Part shown: in pieces, positions 43,121 through 56,915 of the stretch | How positions within the stretch are numbered: the stretch's first letter is position 1 | Layout of the letters: each line of letters begins with the position of its first letter | Assembly (NCBI RefSeq): GCF_902652985.1 | Contig: NC_047025.1 | Location: forward strand, 28,520,001 to 28,584,000 | From: Pecten maximus | Taxonomy: Eukaryota | Direction of reading: 5' to 3' | DNA length: 64,000 bases | Translations under genes and position numbers: made by a program | Notes under the pieces: model-generated | What the model saw: only the letters and a program-made list of their open reading frames with translations | The model's database searches: none | Told to the model about the DNA's origin: nothing

Positions 43121-45700
43121 GCAGGATATGAAATAGTAAATAAGGTATCTTATACCATCAATAACAGGATATGATACAGTAAATAAGGTATCTTATATCA
43201 CCAATAACAGGATATGATATGAACAATTAGGTATCTTATATCACCAATAACAGAATATGATATGGTAAATAAGGTTTCTTATACCACCAATAACAGGATA
43301 TGATACAGTAAATAAGGTATCTTATACCACCAATAACAGGATATGATATGAACAATTAGGTATCTTATATCACCAATAACAGAATATGATATAGTAAATA
43401 AGGTTTCTTATACCACCAATAACAGGATATGATACAGTAAATAAGGTATCTTATACCACCAATAACAGGATATGATATGAACAATTAGGTATCTCATATC
43501 ACTACCAACAGGATATGATATAGTAAATAAGGTATCTTATATCACCAATAACAGGATATGATATAGTAAATAAGGTATTGTATATCACCAATAACAGGAT
43601 ATGATATAGTAAATAAGGTTTCTTATACCACCAATAACAGGATATGATATAGTAAACAAGGTTTCTTATACCACCAATAACAGGATATGATATGAACAAT
43701 TAGGTATCTCATATCACTACCAACAGGATATGATATAGTAAATAAGGTATCTTATATCACCAATAACAGGATATGATATAGTAAATAAGGTATTGTATAT
43801 CACCAATAACAGGATATGATATAGTAAATAAGGTTTCTTATATCACCAATAACAGGATATGATATAGTAAATAAGGTATCTTATATCACCAATAACAGGA
43901 TATGATACAGTAAATAAGGTTTCTTATACCACCAATAACAGGATATGATACAGTAAATAAGGTATCTTATACCACCAATAACAGGATATGATATGAACAA
44001 TTAGGTATCTCATATCACTACCAACAGGATATGATATAGTAAATAAGGTATCTTATATCACCAATAACAGGATATGATATAGTAAATAAGGTATTGTATA
44101 TCACCAATAACAGGATATGATACAGTAAATAAGGTTTCTTATACCACCAATAACAGGATATGATACAGTAAATAAGGTTTCTTATACCACCAATAACAGG
44201 ATATGATACAGTAAATAAGGTATCTTATACCACCAATAACAGGATATGATATGAACAATTAGGTATCTTATATCACTACCAACAGGATATGATATAGTAA
44301 ACAAGGTATCTTATATTACCAATAACAGGATATGATATAGTAAATAAGGTATCTTATATCACCAATAACAGGATATGATACAGTAAATAAGGTATCTTAT
44401 ATCACCAATAACAGGATATGATATAGTAAATAAGATATCTTATATCACCAATAACAGGATATGATACAGTAAATAAGGTATCTTATATCACCAATAACAG
44501 GATATGAAATAGTAAATAAAGTATCTTATACCACCAATAACAGGATATGATATAGTAAATAAGATATCTTATATCACCAATAACAGGATATGATATAGTA
44601 AATAAGGTATCTTATATCACCAATAACAGGATATGATACAGTAAATAAGGTATCTTAAACCACCAATAACAGGATATGATATGAACAATTAGGTATCTTA
44701 TATCACTACCAACAGGATATGATATAGTAAATAAGGTATCTGATATCACCAATAACAGGATATGATATGAACAATTAGGTATCTTATATCACCAATAACA
44801 GGATATGATATAGTAAACAAGGTATCTTATATCAATAATAACAGGATATGATATAGTAAATAAGGTATTGTATATCACCAGTGACAGGATATGATACAGT
44901 AAATAAGGTATCTTATATCACCAATAACAGGATATGATATAGTAAATAAGGTATCTTATCACCAATAACAGGATATGATATGGTAAATAAGGTATCTTAT
45001 ATCACCAATAACAGGATATGATATGAACAATTAGGTATCTTATATCACCAATAACAGGATATGATATGAACAATTAGGTATCTTATATCACCAATAACAG
45101 GATATGATATGAACAATTAGGTATCTTATATCACCAATAACAGGATATGATACAGTAAATAAGGTATCTTATATCACCAATAACAGGATATGATATAGTA
45201 AATAAGGTATCTTATCACCAATAACAGGATATGATATGAACAATTAGGTATCTTATATCACCAATAACAGGATATGATATGGTAAATAAGGTTTCTTATA
45301 TCACCAATAACAGGATATGATATAGTAAATAAGGTATCTTATACCACCAATAACAGGATATGATATAGTAAACAAGGTATCTTATATTACCAATAACAGG
45401 ATATGATATAGTAAATAAGGTTTCTTATATCACCAATAACAGGATATGATACAGTAAATAAGGTATCTTATATCACCAATAACAGGATATGATATAGTAA
45501 ATAAGGTATATTATATCACCAATAACAGGATATGATACAGTAAATAAGGTTTCTTATACCACCAATAACAGGATATGATATAGTAATAATGAATCTTATA
45601 TCACCAATAACTGGATATGATATAGTAATAATGAATCTTATATCACCAATAACAGGATATGATATTGTAAATAGGGTATCTTATATCACTCATAACAGAA
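43121..45700. repeat. 43-bp minisatellite, ~60 copies
   Basis: Unit CACCAATAACAGGATATGATATAGTAAATAAGGTATCTTATAT with recurrent variants (ATGAACAATT, ACTACCAAC, GGTTTC, GGTATTG). Confidence 0.97.
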
Positions 45701-46299
45701 TAATGTAATTATGACATGATAGTTTATCCCTTATAAGGATCAATCAAATAAGCATGATAAAAAATTACTAAATAGTTCAAATTGTAAGGAATTTAAAGAG
45801 AGACGTATTTACCATGAGCGGAAAACTTCTTTGTTGGTTTGCCTTTCATGCCATAGTTAAAAAAACACAGAGCGAAGTGGATTGAAGTGATATTGATGAC
45901 ATTTATATTGTGTCATCGTTAGTCAGTAATTCAAGTATGTCAGATCAATTGTAGCGGTATTCGTGATCATTCCATGACAATCAAGCAATGCAACTCATTA
46001 CCCAATAAAAGCTTAGGCCTGTACCCTTACCTTAATGAAATATCACTCGTAGTCTTCACTCCTTGGAATATGACTCGAGTTAATACAGAATGTTTAAGCA
46101 AATAGTAGTAGGGTCTTATAACTCTCAACAAGGAAAAATTCACTGAAATTGATATATGACTATGCATTAAGTAAATAAAATATAGTCAATGTTCAAACCC
46201 ATTGAGAATACTGACATGATAATGAAACTATTATTCTAACTAAATATTGAAAAAAAACTATGTGAAAATACGAACAAAAATAGAATCTGCATGAAACCT

Positions 46300-47110
46300 T
46301 TGATTAAGAAGGAAAATAAGAACATGTGTTCCGAGAAAGTAACCGTCTTCTGATTCGTCGACGACAACCACCATACAAATCTAGGTCACCACGACACCCA
46401 CCATATAGATCTAGGTCAGATCCGGGTTACGTCATATTCTCAAAATGAGAATTAGTGTGATGTCAACGGAACCACTACCACATTAACTAGCATCGACTTC
46501 ATATCGCAAAAGAAATTGATGCTTCCAAACGAAATCAAGATCTCGCCTACAAAACACTCGGTCATCAACCTGATTCTCTCAAAACCTATTTTTCCGTCAG
46601 TTGTCGACGAAAATCGTGGTAAAAGGGAACAAGTCCTAAAAATATCGAATCAAACGGGACATGCCAACACTGTAGATACGGGAAGCAGCAATATTACTAT
46701 CTAGAAATGGAAAATGAATCATTGGATATTGAAATTAGCACGCTTCTCATAGGCTTAGTTGTAAATCGTCCTGTTTTGTTATCTAGGGATGTTGTAATTA
46801 AAGATCAAGGTAAGCGGCCGATGTTGAAAAGTCTGTATAGAAGCGTCCTTGAGTTCAAGTTATACCGGGTATATCTAATTGACATGATCAATAAAGTCGC
46901 TTTTGTCTTTTAAAGATGATGCATCGTCAATATACTTATAGGTGAAATTCAAGGACTTGTCAATGTCTCTGTTGTCTGTTCTGATAAGCTCATATGCCAA
47001 TGGTCTGTTGGAAGATCTGGTCACTAAACGTAACAAAGATGTTGTTGTTGACAGGAACTCAATCATTTTCATGATTTTATCTTCGGTGTATTTTCTTTTA
47101 ACCATAGCTG
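46300..47110 (-). mobile_element. Decayed, 5'-truncated Penelope-like retroelement (RT palm/thumb plus 3' region)
   Basis: Frameshifted - strand peptides in PLE-RT order: MIEFL..NIFVTFSDQIFQQTIGI, LNFTYKYIDD (catalytic YIDD), IYPV*LELKD, SAAYLDL, GRFTTK.YEKRANFN, HFPFLDSNI, SRLIRY.RTCS.YHDF. Contains stops, frameshifts and an internal deletion. Confidence 0.8.
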
Positions 47111-47461
47111 TTGATCATTATAGGATAGATGGCAAAAAGAAAATTTACGGGGGAAAGGTTGAATAAACGAATGGTTATAGTTACGAAAATACACACACAA
47201 TGATTATGATAGCCAGGATGTTACAAGTAGTCGTGCTACACATACAGCTCGGGAGTGCTTTGTTTAAATGTATAGTTAATCTGTATGCCACGATACCAAA
47301 TGGGATAATACCTCATAAACAGTAGCACTGTAGAACACGGCATATAATGATAACACCACACTGTCGATATGACAACTAAAGAGTAGAAATGGGTTATGGA
47401 ATTCATTTTTCCAACATTTCATTTTATAAATCAATGTGTGGAAAGCTAGATACCATGTAAA

Positions 47462-47516
47462 TTTTTGTTTTTTTATTTCTATTTTTGTTTTTTGCTTTTG
47501 TTTTTGTTTTTGCTTT

Positions 47517-47553
<37 letters not shown>

Positions 47554-47560
47554 CTTTTTT
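47462..47560. repeat. Poly-T / (TTTTTG)n tract
   Basis: Pure T run of over 30 nt preceded by TTTTTG units; A-rich on the - strand. Confidence 0.9.
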
Positions 47561-48459
47561 CTAACACTACAAAACTGATGCACACTTTTACAGTAACAGA
47601 TGATGACCAGTATAAACAAGCAGGGAGGCAGAATAATGCACAAGATCACTGCCATTGTCCAGTACCCTACACGTGGACACAACTCGCTGCTCCTGTGTAC
47701 ATTAATATGCCACACTACACATTGAGTATGCAAGATATTTTCTGATACGATAGCGATGAAAAAAGGCCCGCATTGTCATATTTGCGGTTTGCTTTTTTAA
47801 ATATGATTACATGAAGGGGGAAACCGCAAGTGATTAGTTTTTAATTAATGATTAATAATGTTAATGTTTTACACGTAGTTTGAGAACCACGCCCGCTAAA
47901 CAACCACAAAAGGTGCCAAGTTTATCATGTCCTGCCCTATTCTAGTGTCGGCTAATCTACAAACTATTGGACCGAAAGCGTTTGAAAAAAGAAATACCGT
48001 TAATAAAATGATCATATTTTGTCAATTTAAAAAGCATTATTGTTCTCCGGCTATCAGCCGAGCGTGTCCGAAAACCGCAGACTGCCATCAGAGGGGCCGA
48101 TATGAGAGGATAACTCGATTGGGCCATCTGGACCCATGTAATTGGTAAAGGGACTTATTCCAGGAGATGGGACGCTTTACACTCAGTATGACATCACACA
48201 TTAGTTAACGTCGGCTAATTTGTCATCATATCATACCAACTTGTGATATTTTCAAAAGATTTTTTTGGTGATAGAAAATTCATTATTCCTTGTGGTTAAC
48301 AGGAAATGCGATGCCCTCATTGTTTTGGTATAACATTGGATCCCGTGTCAGAAGGGGATCGGCAGTGCTGTATATTTTGTTTGATTTTTCTTTTTAACAA
48401 AGAAACATTCCTAATAACTTAGTGGTACAGTATATGCCGAATGATAGATATATTACTGT

Positions 48460-49098
48460 AACAAACAGATGTATGGCCCCTAAGACTACAGTGATATTAT
48501 GGACAGCATAAAGCTGTTTGGTCCTTCCATGATTAGTCAATGATGTTAGGGACATCATACAGCTTTTTGGTCTTTCTAGGACTAATCGTTGATGTTAGGG
48601 ACACCATACAGCTGTTTCGGCCTTCTAGGACTCGTCAGTGATGCTAGGGACATCCTTCAGCTATATTGTTCTTTCGGACTGATCGTTGGTAATATGGACA
48701 CCATACAGCTGTTTCGTTTTTCTAGGACACGTTAGTTGTTTCGGACATTATACAGCTGTTTCGTCCTTTTAGAACTTGTCAGTAACGCTAGGGACATCAT
48801 ACAGCTGTTACGTCCTTTTAGAACTCGTCAGTGATGCTAGGGACATAATACAGCTATTTCGTCCTTTTAGAACTCGTCAGTGATGCTAGGGACATAATAC
48901 AACTATTTCGTCCTTCAATGATTCGTCAATAATGATAGGGACATAATACAGCTATTTCGTCCTTCAATGATTCGTCAATAATGATAGGGACATAATACAG
49001 CTATTTCGTCCTTCAATGACTCGTCAGTGATGATAGGGACATCATACAGATGTTTCGATCTTATAGGACTCGTTAGCGATGATAGGGACTTCATACAG
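48460..49098 (-). repeat. Tandem array 1 of a 49-bp hammerhead-ribozyme unit (~13 copies, variably degenerate)
   Basis: Period 49 (ggaca at 48792, 48841, 48890, 48939, 48988, 49037). Minus-strand consensus CATCA CTGACGA GTCC TAGAA GGAC GAA ACAGCTGT A TGATG TCCCTAG. Confidence 0.9.
48997..49053 (-). ncRNA. Near-intact hammerhead ribozyme copy in array 1
   Basis: ACAUCUGU A^UGAUG UCCCUAU CAUCA CUGACGA GUC AUUGAAG GAC GAA AUAGCUGU. Core intact, stem I perfect, stem II 3 bp, stem III with one wobble and one mismatch. Confidence 0.65.
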
Positions 49099-50169
49099 AA
49101 AAGAAGTTGTGCTCTAACAGCCTAATTAAGTTAAAATTAAATTTGATAATTGGATCAGTTCATAAGTACAGTACATGAAAAAACACTTTGCAAATTCTAA
49201 GTTAATGATATCCATTTATGTCAATATGACCCGTATAATCCTATGGTCATTGATATATTTCTTGAATATACATATATGTCTTACTAAAACAATTAATAAA
49301 TCCGAACGATATATTACAGCTTAAGATAATAGGAAATACACTGACAAAGTGATGTATCACTTCCCAGTTAATACCGCTAGTGTCAACTTACATGAGATGT
49401 CAAATGGACCGTTAGTTGCAATACGGAAAAAACTCAAACTAAGAATACATTTTAGTAGGTGACTATTTGATTGTTTTAACTCGTAATATAATTATTAGAA
49501 TCGTGTTTGGGTACGTCTTTTCTTATTTCTGCACTTTTAGCTTTATTAAAGCACCAATAATCAGCAAAAGGACACACACTGATATACAGTATAATGCAAT
49601 GGTTCTTCTTGCATTAGGTTCAAACATTGAAAATAGACATACCGAACATTCATTTTTACAAAAGACAAAGATAGCCTAAATACTTATACAATGTTTGTAA
49701 CGAAGATATATCGATATAGATCGTCATTTATAAAAGAAGTTTGTCAATGGCACAATTTAATTAAAATGGTGTCTTGTAATATATTTGTTATATTAGGTAG
49801 TAAAACATACATTACCATCAGAGGCATACCTATGGTGGTGTTACCATGTTCCCAGCAGTCATGAACAATGGATATGCTTGACTGAACGTATTTATATTTC
49901 CTTTGTCTAATATTCAAGTGGCATTGCTAACATTAACACTAGTTGTGAACATAACATCAATTTCGTTCAACCACTAACGTCCTAATATTTTGATAATTGC
50001 TTTCATTGACGAAACAGTAAAAATTCGACGCCATTGTATTAATGAATCAGACAAGTTTGGGTTTTCATGGCAAGGTTATGTTTTCTCATGTATGTTTGAT
50101 TTTATTCGTTTTTAAGACTGGTGTTCTTGAGAACGATCGCGTGATGTCGGGTCTTCTATTTCTTACGAT

Positions 50170-50336
50170 AGCACCTTAGGGGTTACATTTATATCGTCAA
50201 CTTTGTTATCCAACTCGTCCAATTTAGGGTGAGCCCTTTGGGGGTCGCCGTTGTATCATCAACTTGGCTATCTAAGTTGTCCATTTTGCAGTAAGCCCTT
50301 TGGGGTCACTTTCATATCATCAACCATGGCATCTGA
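50170..50336. repeat. Degenerate 62-bp tandem triplication
   Basis: AGC(A/C)CTT(A/T)GGGG....TATC(A/G)TCAAC at 50170, 50232 and 50294. Confidence 0.6.
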
Positions 50337-51799
50337 CAAATGCATCTCTAGTGACAAGTTCCGACGACATTAGTAGCATCTGTCGAGGAAAGAGGTCATC
50401 TCATCTGGTCTAAAACACAACGTCCCCCAGTCGATACACAATTACAAATCCCCAGAAATGTGACCACAGGAACCAATCCAAGTAAGAACGTCCGATGTCG
50501 TTCCAAATCAGAATTGCCTTCAACGACATCAAACAATACAATAACACCCTGACAAGGATGTATAATTCGCAGAACCGATTCCGGCCTCACTTTTCCGGAT
50601 TGGTGATATAGCGTGATATTATCGCCGGGCCTGACTCACTCCGGGTCCGATTGACCAGAGATAGGGAGCACCGACCTCCAAACCAAATTACAATGGCCAC
50701 ATTCCGGGTCGAGCGGGACAGAGCGGGCCGCCGTTTTGGAAAATCTGTTGTAATTATGTGATAACAAATATCACTAACGCGGCAGTCGGTGGGATACATG
50801 CCCGCTATCGGAAATTGCGATCAGAACGTTAAGGTAACAAGTAGCATCGACAGGTCTCTAAAGGATTAATACTCCTAATTTCGTATCGAAAAACGCACGA
50901 AAATCAACAATTTTCTCATCCTTCAGAATCCCACAGATCCTTGTCACCACGGAAGGAAGGTCAAACCCTATCAGGCAGAATTGCTTCTCGCCCAGACGAT
51001 AACTTAAGACCATGGTCGACGCCGACAGCGTGAAAGAATGGCTATTTGATTTTAGGTCCCATCTAACCAAGATAATGACTTTCTTTGCAAGAAAGAAGAA
51101 TCTAAAACACAATAGCGGCATACAGCGAACATGAATTTTGATCATTTGAGAGGAAAAGGAAAACTTAATCGTATTTCTTCTAAAAATAAAGGAATTACTT
51201 TTTCTTCAATGACAATAGATAAGAAATATAAATCGCGCCAAATAAACATTTCCAATGAATAATGATGTTTTGAGATAATGATTTGAACTTTTCTCTATCT
51301 TAAACTGCCAAATATGCCTCTCGGGGACAATCGTACCGAACTGCTGAATTCAAACCTTTCCATCAATGCTAACTGCGATATGGTGCTGTAATAGGGTCGT
51401 TTTACTTCAGTCGTAACACATCGAAAAACAACGTCAGCCCATTTGTCAGAAAATCTTTCACGGCAGACCATTCCTTATATAAAATTCTTTTGGATCGTTA
51501 CAAATATGTAAAAAGAAATATTAGGGGTTGTAAATAATCTTTTTAAAGGAGGTCATTATTGCTATTTTGTTGTGATGGCCTTATCTGACCATTGCTTGTG
51601 TTTGACTTGTGGTGGGGTCCCATTTATTTACATACTATACACAGTGATTTTTCCTCTAGAGGCTTGCCACGACCAAATATGTATTCATCACTAACATATC
51701 GAGTGAGAGCTATTTCAATGCAAGACGTATTTGATTTGGAGAGAAAAAGCTAGACATATATTTATAATTGTGATAATTATGATGCATACATGTATATAA

Positions 51800-51992
51800 G
51801 TATTCAATATGAAAGATTAATGTATTTAATATGAAATATAATGTATTTGATATGAAATATAATGTACATTGTATTTGATATGAAATATAATGTACATAAT
51901 ATATGTATATATATGTATAAAAGAATATTTAATATGAAATATAATGTATTTAATATGAAATATGTATTTAATATGAAATATAATGTATTTAA
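51800..51992. repeat. AT-rich ~21-bp tandem repeat
   Basis: TATTTAATATGAAATATAATG repeated with variation. Confidence 0.85.
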
Positions 51993-52419
51993 TTATATCA
52001 ATCATAATATATCTACATAATAGTGAAATCTTACTACGTTGTTTAAAGAATCTTTAAATATATAGTAATAGTGATAGTTCTATTTTGTTGACAAAGTCAC
52101 TTGGTTTTATTTTGTTGACAAAGTCACACGATAATACAAGCAGGGTCACCTATACATATTCCTATCACAAACTATCTACATGTATTAATATAAACTTGAG
52201 GAGTTTGGTGTTAGATTCATATCACACACCATCTATTTACATGTACATATATGTATCTAGGGCGTCAGATACTACTTCATTGTATATATTACTTTAGTAT
52301 ATGATACCAATGAATAATGTACAAAGTTGTATTCCTCTTTGCCCGTATGGTTTCAATGCTTTTAACCCCCAGAATATCTTACGAGTCATAGAAAGACAGA
52401 CATATCAAGAAGATTCATG

Positions 52420-52915
52420 TTCTACATATACTTTATCTATAACTACATATACTTTATCTATAACTACATATATTTTATCTATAACTACATATACTGTATC
52501 TATTACTAAATATAGTTTACATGTTACTACATATGATTATGTATATCCTACTATATATACTTCATCTATTACTAGATTTGTTTTATCTATTACTAAATAT
52601 GTTTTATCTATGACTACATATACTTTATCCTATACTATATATACTTTATGTATTACTATATATACTTTATATATTATTACATTTACTTTATCTACTACTA
52701 CATTTACTTTATATATTACTAAATATATTTTACGTGTTACTATATATACTTTATCTATTACTACATATACTTTATATATTCCTTCATATGCGTTTATCTA
52801 TTGCTACATTACTTTATCTATTACTAAATGTACTTTATCTATTACTACATGAACTCAATATATGACTACATACACCTGATCTATTACTAAATATACTTTA
52901 TCTATTACTAGATTT
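52420..52915. repeat. 21-bp AT-rich minisatellite
   Basis: Unit approximately TACTTTATCTATTACTACATA, more than 20 degenerate copies. Confidence 0.9.
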
Positions 52916-55900
52916 ATTTTAAATGTGATAATGATAATGCGAATTCACACACACACAATCTATACCTGTATATTGATGGATAGCGATTGGTACCCGGATG
53001 TTGTTACGTAATGATTTTCTCGGCAGGTGCGGTTTAATGGAATGTTACTAGATTCAAATCTTGTTCTGAGTGACATTAACTGAAGGAATGTACTTAGGTT
53101 TGTAATACTAACGACTTTTTTTTTTTTTGAAAAAATAGTTTATTCGGCTGGATTCTAGTTACGTGCGTAGTCGACTGAAGAAATACTCAGTAGCGGCTTT
53201 GCATGCAGTGTGGTCGCGTGGCTGATGAAATCAAACGTACCATCATCGTTAGTGTCAACAGTGATGACGGTACAGGACATCTTTGTATAAAACCTGATGT
53301 ACAGTCAACACTTTAAGTCTTTTGAAACCAGAGACGTATTTGAAAGTGTAGCTGGTATAACGAGATAATTAATCGCTGCGTATTTATCTAACACCGCCAC
53401 AGAGACGACACTCGGGTCATCTCTGTACCCTTATCACGTCAAAATGAACATTATTAAATTACAATCGGTTTGTTGAATTTGTACCAAAAAACGCATCTTA
53501 TTTTTGTCAAATCATCGTTGTCTTGGCGTAAAGAAAAGATGACGAATATGATATAAACGTGATTTTGAGCAATAATAGGAAGACGCTGGACGGAAACAGC
53601 CGACTAGTGGGTTGGAAGATATATTTAATTGTTTTGTTGTGAATGTGACTAAGGAGATAGGAACTATGTTGAAGACATAACGAAGTAATGGTGATAGTGT
53701 GGTGTCGCCAGAGAGTAGACTGTGAAGTACAATGCGTTATGTTTAGCGAAGAGTCCCCCTTGCAACATCCCGGCGTCCTTGTGTACATTGAAGATTCAAA
53801 TCTATAACAATATTTGACCTTTTTTAACAATGAAGTGTATGAATTATATCTAATATATTAGTCTCACATTTAGCCATTATGAATGTTACCAATATGAACA
53901 GTTCAAATAGACCACAAAGCACTGACTTATCATTCCCTGCCCATTGTCTGACGAACTAGCACATCCAACATGTAAGTGTCCATGTCGTGGGCGCATCATC
54001 GAGACCAGCACATGTTATACAAAGATGGCATCCTCGGAGTAATAAAATGCTGTAAATATCCAGAAACACATGCTTATGATAAAAAGAATGTTTACATGTG
54101 AAGCTGGTGTTTGATAGTGTTGGTATAATAAGGATACCACCTCGGAGACTGCTCCCCCACAGCTGTACATCCTAACCACGTGGAAAAGGAGAGTGCTGTT
54201 CTGGTCGCTGTTCCATTGTAAGCATTATCCGCTTTGCAATCAAGCAATATGTTTTTTTCCGATTCTCATCTTATCTCTTTTCTGATAAATTGTAAAAATG
54301 ATCATCATTTCAATAATTTCGAATGAGTTATAAATCCCAAAAAGAATAAAGTAAGACAATTGATGAAATAGTTTACATTCAAATGAGCATTAAGCTTACC
54401 CTGCACGTGCCTCCAATACCCAGAGTTATTGCCTATAAGGCAAAGGATCAGTGTTTTACGTTAGGTAGTTAGACACCTATAGACGGTCACGGGTCGTTGC
54501 TAATGAGGAAAGAATGGCATAACAGCGCATGCGCGGACGAGGCTTGTTGGCATAGTTGCCCATGCTGCCGCGAGGAGCGTGTTTGATACCTATCGCTATA
54601 CGGTGGTCCACACATCCCAGGTGTTAGTCTGCAATTTCCACTGGAATTAGACTAAAATGGCATCTAATTGGTCATTAGTCCTAGCCTACGCCAGTAACTG
54701 GCTTCGCAACATTTACAAAGCACCGACAGGTTTCCAATACACTGCCAATGATAGATAAAAAGAGGTACCTGGCGGGCTCGCAGTTCGCACCACAAAAGGA
54801 AATAGGGTTGGTATTTTATCATGGCCTAACACGGTACTAACCGGACCTATGGGGTTATATTTGAAATCCCCAATACAGAACAGGTAACCAAACATGACAA
54901 AGCATAAGAAACTGGCACATTATTGTCATTTGCAGTATTTCTTAGAAATTTGTCAACATATCCATCTCTAATTGTTCAGGAAAATAAACATTGCATACAC
55001 CTAGTGCCTCGGTAAGAGTCCCTACTTCTTCTCAATGGCTTTAGTATGGTCAGAATGCATTGTGGGAATGACTCAAAGAAAGTTTTGGGGATTTGCTATC
55101 AATTTATATAGAATATCATAACTATTCCGTATTCTGTTACCACGCCCTTTCAAATGATTTTCTAATGCATTTGTACATTATAGCAGACCATACTACACAA
55201 GTCTGTACAGCTTTTAAATTTCTTTGAAGTATATGGAACTAAAAACATAATCAAATTATACTGCGACAAATGACAAGTTATGTTGTGTTTTCTTTTGTTA
55301 TCTTTTAGTCAAAACACTAATAAGGTATATTTCAGTAAACATTACCAATCCCTTACTGGAGCCCCTGGTGTTGGGACTGACAGAGTGAACATTGTTCTTG
55401 TGTTGATAAGTTCGACCCCAATCGTATTGCTATCTCTTCTCCTCTCTACATCGATGAAACATTTGCACCTCAAATAATCTGTCAAAAGATGAAAAACGTT
55501 TGACAAGGTGAGAGGTGCACACGCGTAATTTCGCGTTTATCTGTGGGTGAAGGTACAGGCTAGTACAGACTCGTTCAAACGAAGAAACAAATGAGGTGGC
55601 AATGGCGAGAGAGAGGCGGCCAGATAGTCATACATAGAAAACAAGCTATTTTCTAATCATGCTATCGGTCTAATGCAAGTGTGATGATGAGTTTGGCTAT
55701 CAGAATTAAACTTTTTTCGTATATAAACGCGTTATTACCATTGCATGTCTTTGCTCTGAACGAACTTTCCAGCTCGTCGAATATTCGCCTAATGAAGTGG
55801 TCCGTTTGACAATCCCCATTTATTAGTTAGTGGTAGAATTAGGAACGGCCCGTGGGTCACGATCGATATATATATAAATGGGATCTTAGATGAGTTGCTA

Positions 55901-56039
55901 TTTACTGAGATTTATGGAACGTTCCTAAGAAGTGTTCATTTTAACCTCTGACGAGATAAAATGAGATTACGTCACAAAATCTTATGAAATAAAAATTCCT
56001 TTAAAATCTGCTTTTATCATATGATTTGTTTTCCCTGAT

Positions 56040-56915
56040 TCCCGGCGTTGTATTGTACTGTCTTTTTGTCCTTATTCTTGTCGCTGTATTCTACTGCCTT
56101 TTATCCTCAATTCTTGGCCTTTTGTCCTCAATTCTTGGCGCTGTATTGTACTATCTTTTTGTCCTCAATGTATTGTACTGTCTTTTGTCCTCAATTCTTG
56201 ACGCTGTATTGTACTGCCTTTTTCTCCTCAATTCTTGGCGCTGTATTGTACTGCCTTTTTCTCCTCAATTCTTGACGCTGTATTGTACTGCCTTTTTGTC
56301 CTCAATTCTTGGCGCTGTATTGTACTGTCTTTTTGACCTCAATTCTTGGCGCTGTATTGTACTGCCTTTTTCTCCTCAATTCTTGGCGCTGTATTCTACT
56401 GCCTTTTTCTCCTCAATTCTTGGCGCTGTATTCTGCTGCCTTTTTCTCCTCAATTCTTGGCGCTGTATTGTACTGTCTTTTGTCCTCAATTCTTGGCGCT
56501 GTATTGTACTGCCTTTTTGTCCTCAATTCTTGGCGCTATATTGTACTGCCTTTTTGTCCTCAATTCTTGGCGCTGTATTGTACTGCCTTTTTCTCCTCAA
56601 TTCTTGGCGCTGTATTGTACTGCCTTTTTCTCCTCAATTCTTGGCGTTGTATTCTACTGCCTTTTTGTCCTCGATGTATTGTACTGCCTTTTTGTCCTCA
56701 ATTCTTGACGATGTATTGTACTGCCTTTTTGTCCTCAATGTATTGTACTGTCTTTTGTCCTCAATTCTTGGCGCTGTATTGTACTGCCTTTTTGTCCTCA
56801 ATTCTTGCCGCTGTATTCTACCGCCTTTTTATCCTCGATCTTTGGCACTGTATTACAGTATACATGTACTGCCTTTTTATCCTCGATCTTTGGCGCTGTA
56901 ATCTACTGCCTTTTG
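56040..56915. repeat. 37-bp minisatellite, ~23 copies
   Basis: Unit TCCTCAATTCTTGGCGCTGTATTGTACTGCCTTTTT(G/C); tcctca at 56225 and 56262. Several internally deleted units. Confidence 0.95.

Noticed and set aside
47479-47745. Poly-Lys and poly-Phe ORFs
   Set aside because: Translation of a poly-T tract.
52301-52852. 183-aa ORF with TYTLSIT heptads
   Set aside because: Translation of the 21-bp AT-rich minisatellite; no splice or homology support.
56040-56915. 37-bp satellite as a derivative of the hammerhead unit
   Set aside because: Only short low-complexity matches (GCTGT..T.GT, CCTTTT, CTC); no CUGANGA/GAAA core or stems.
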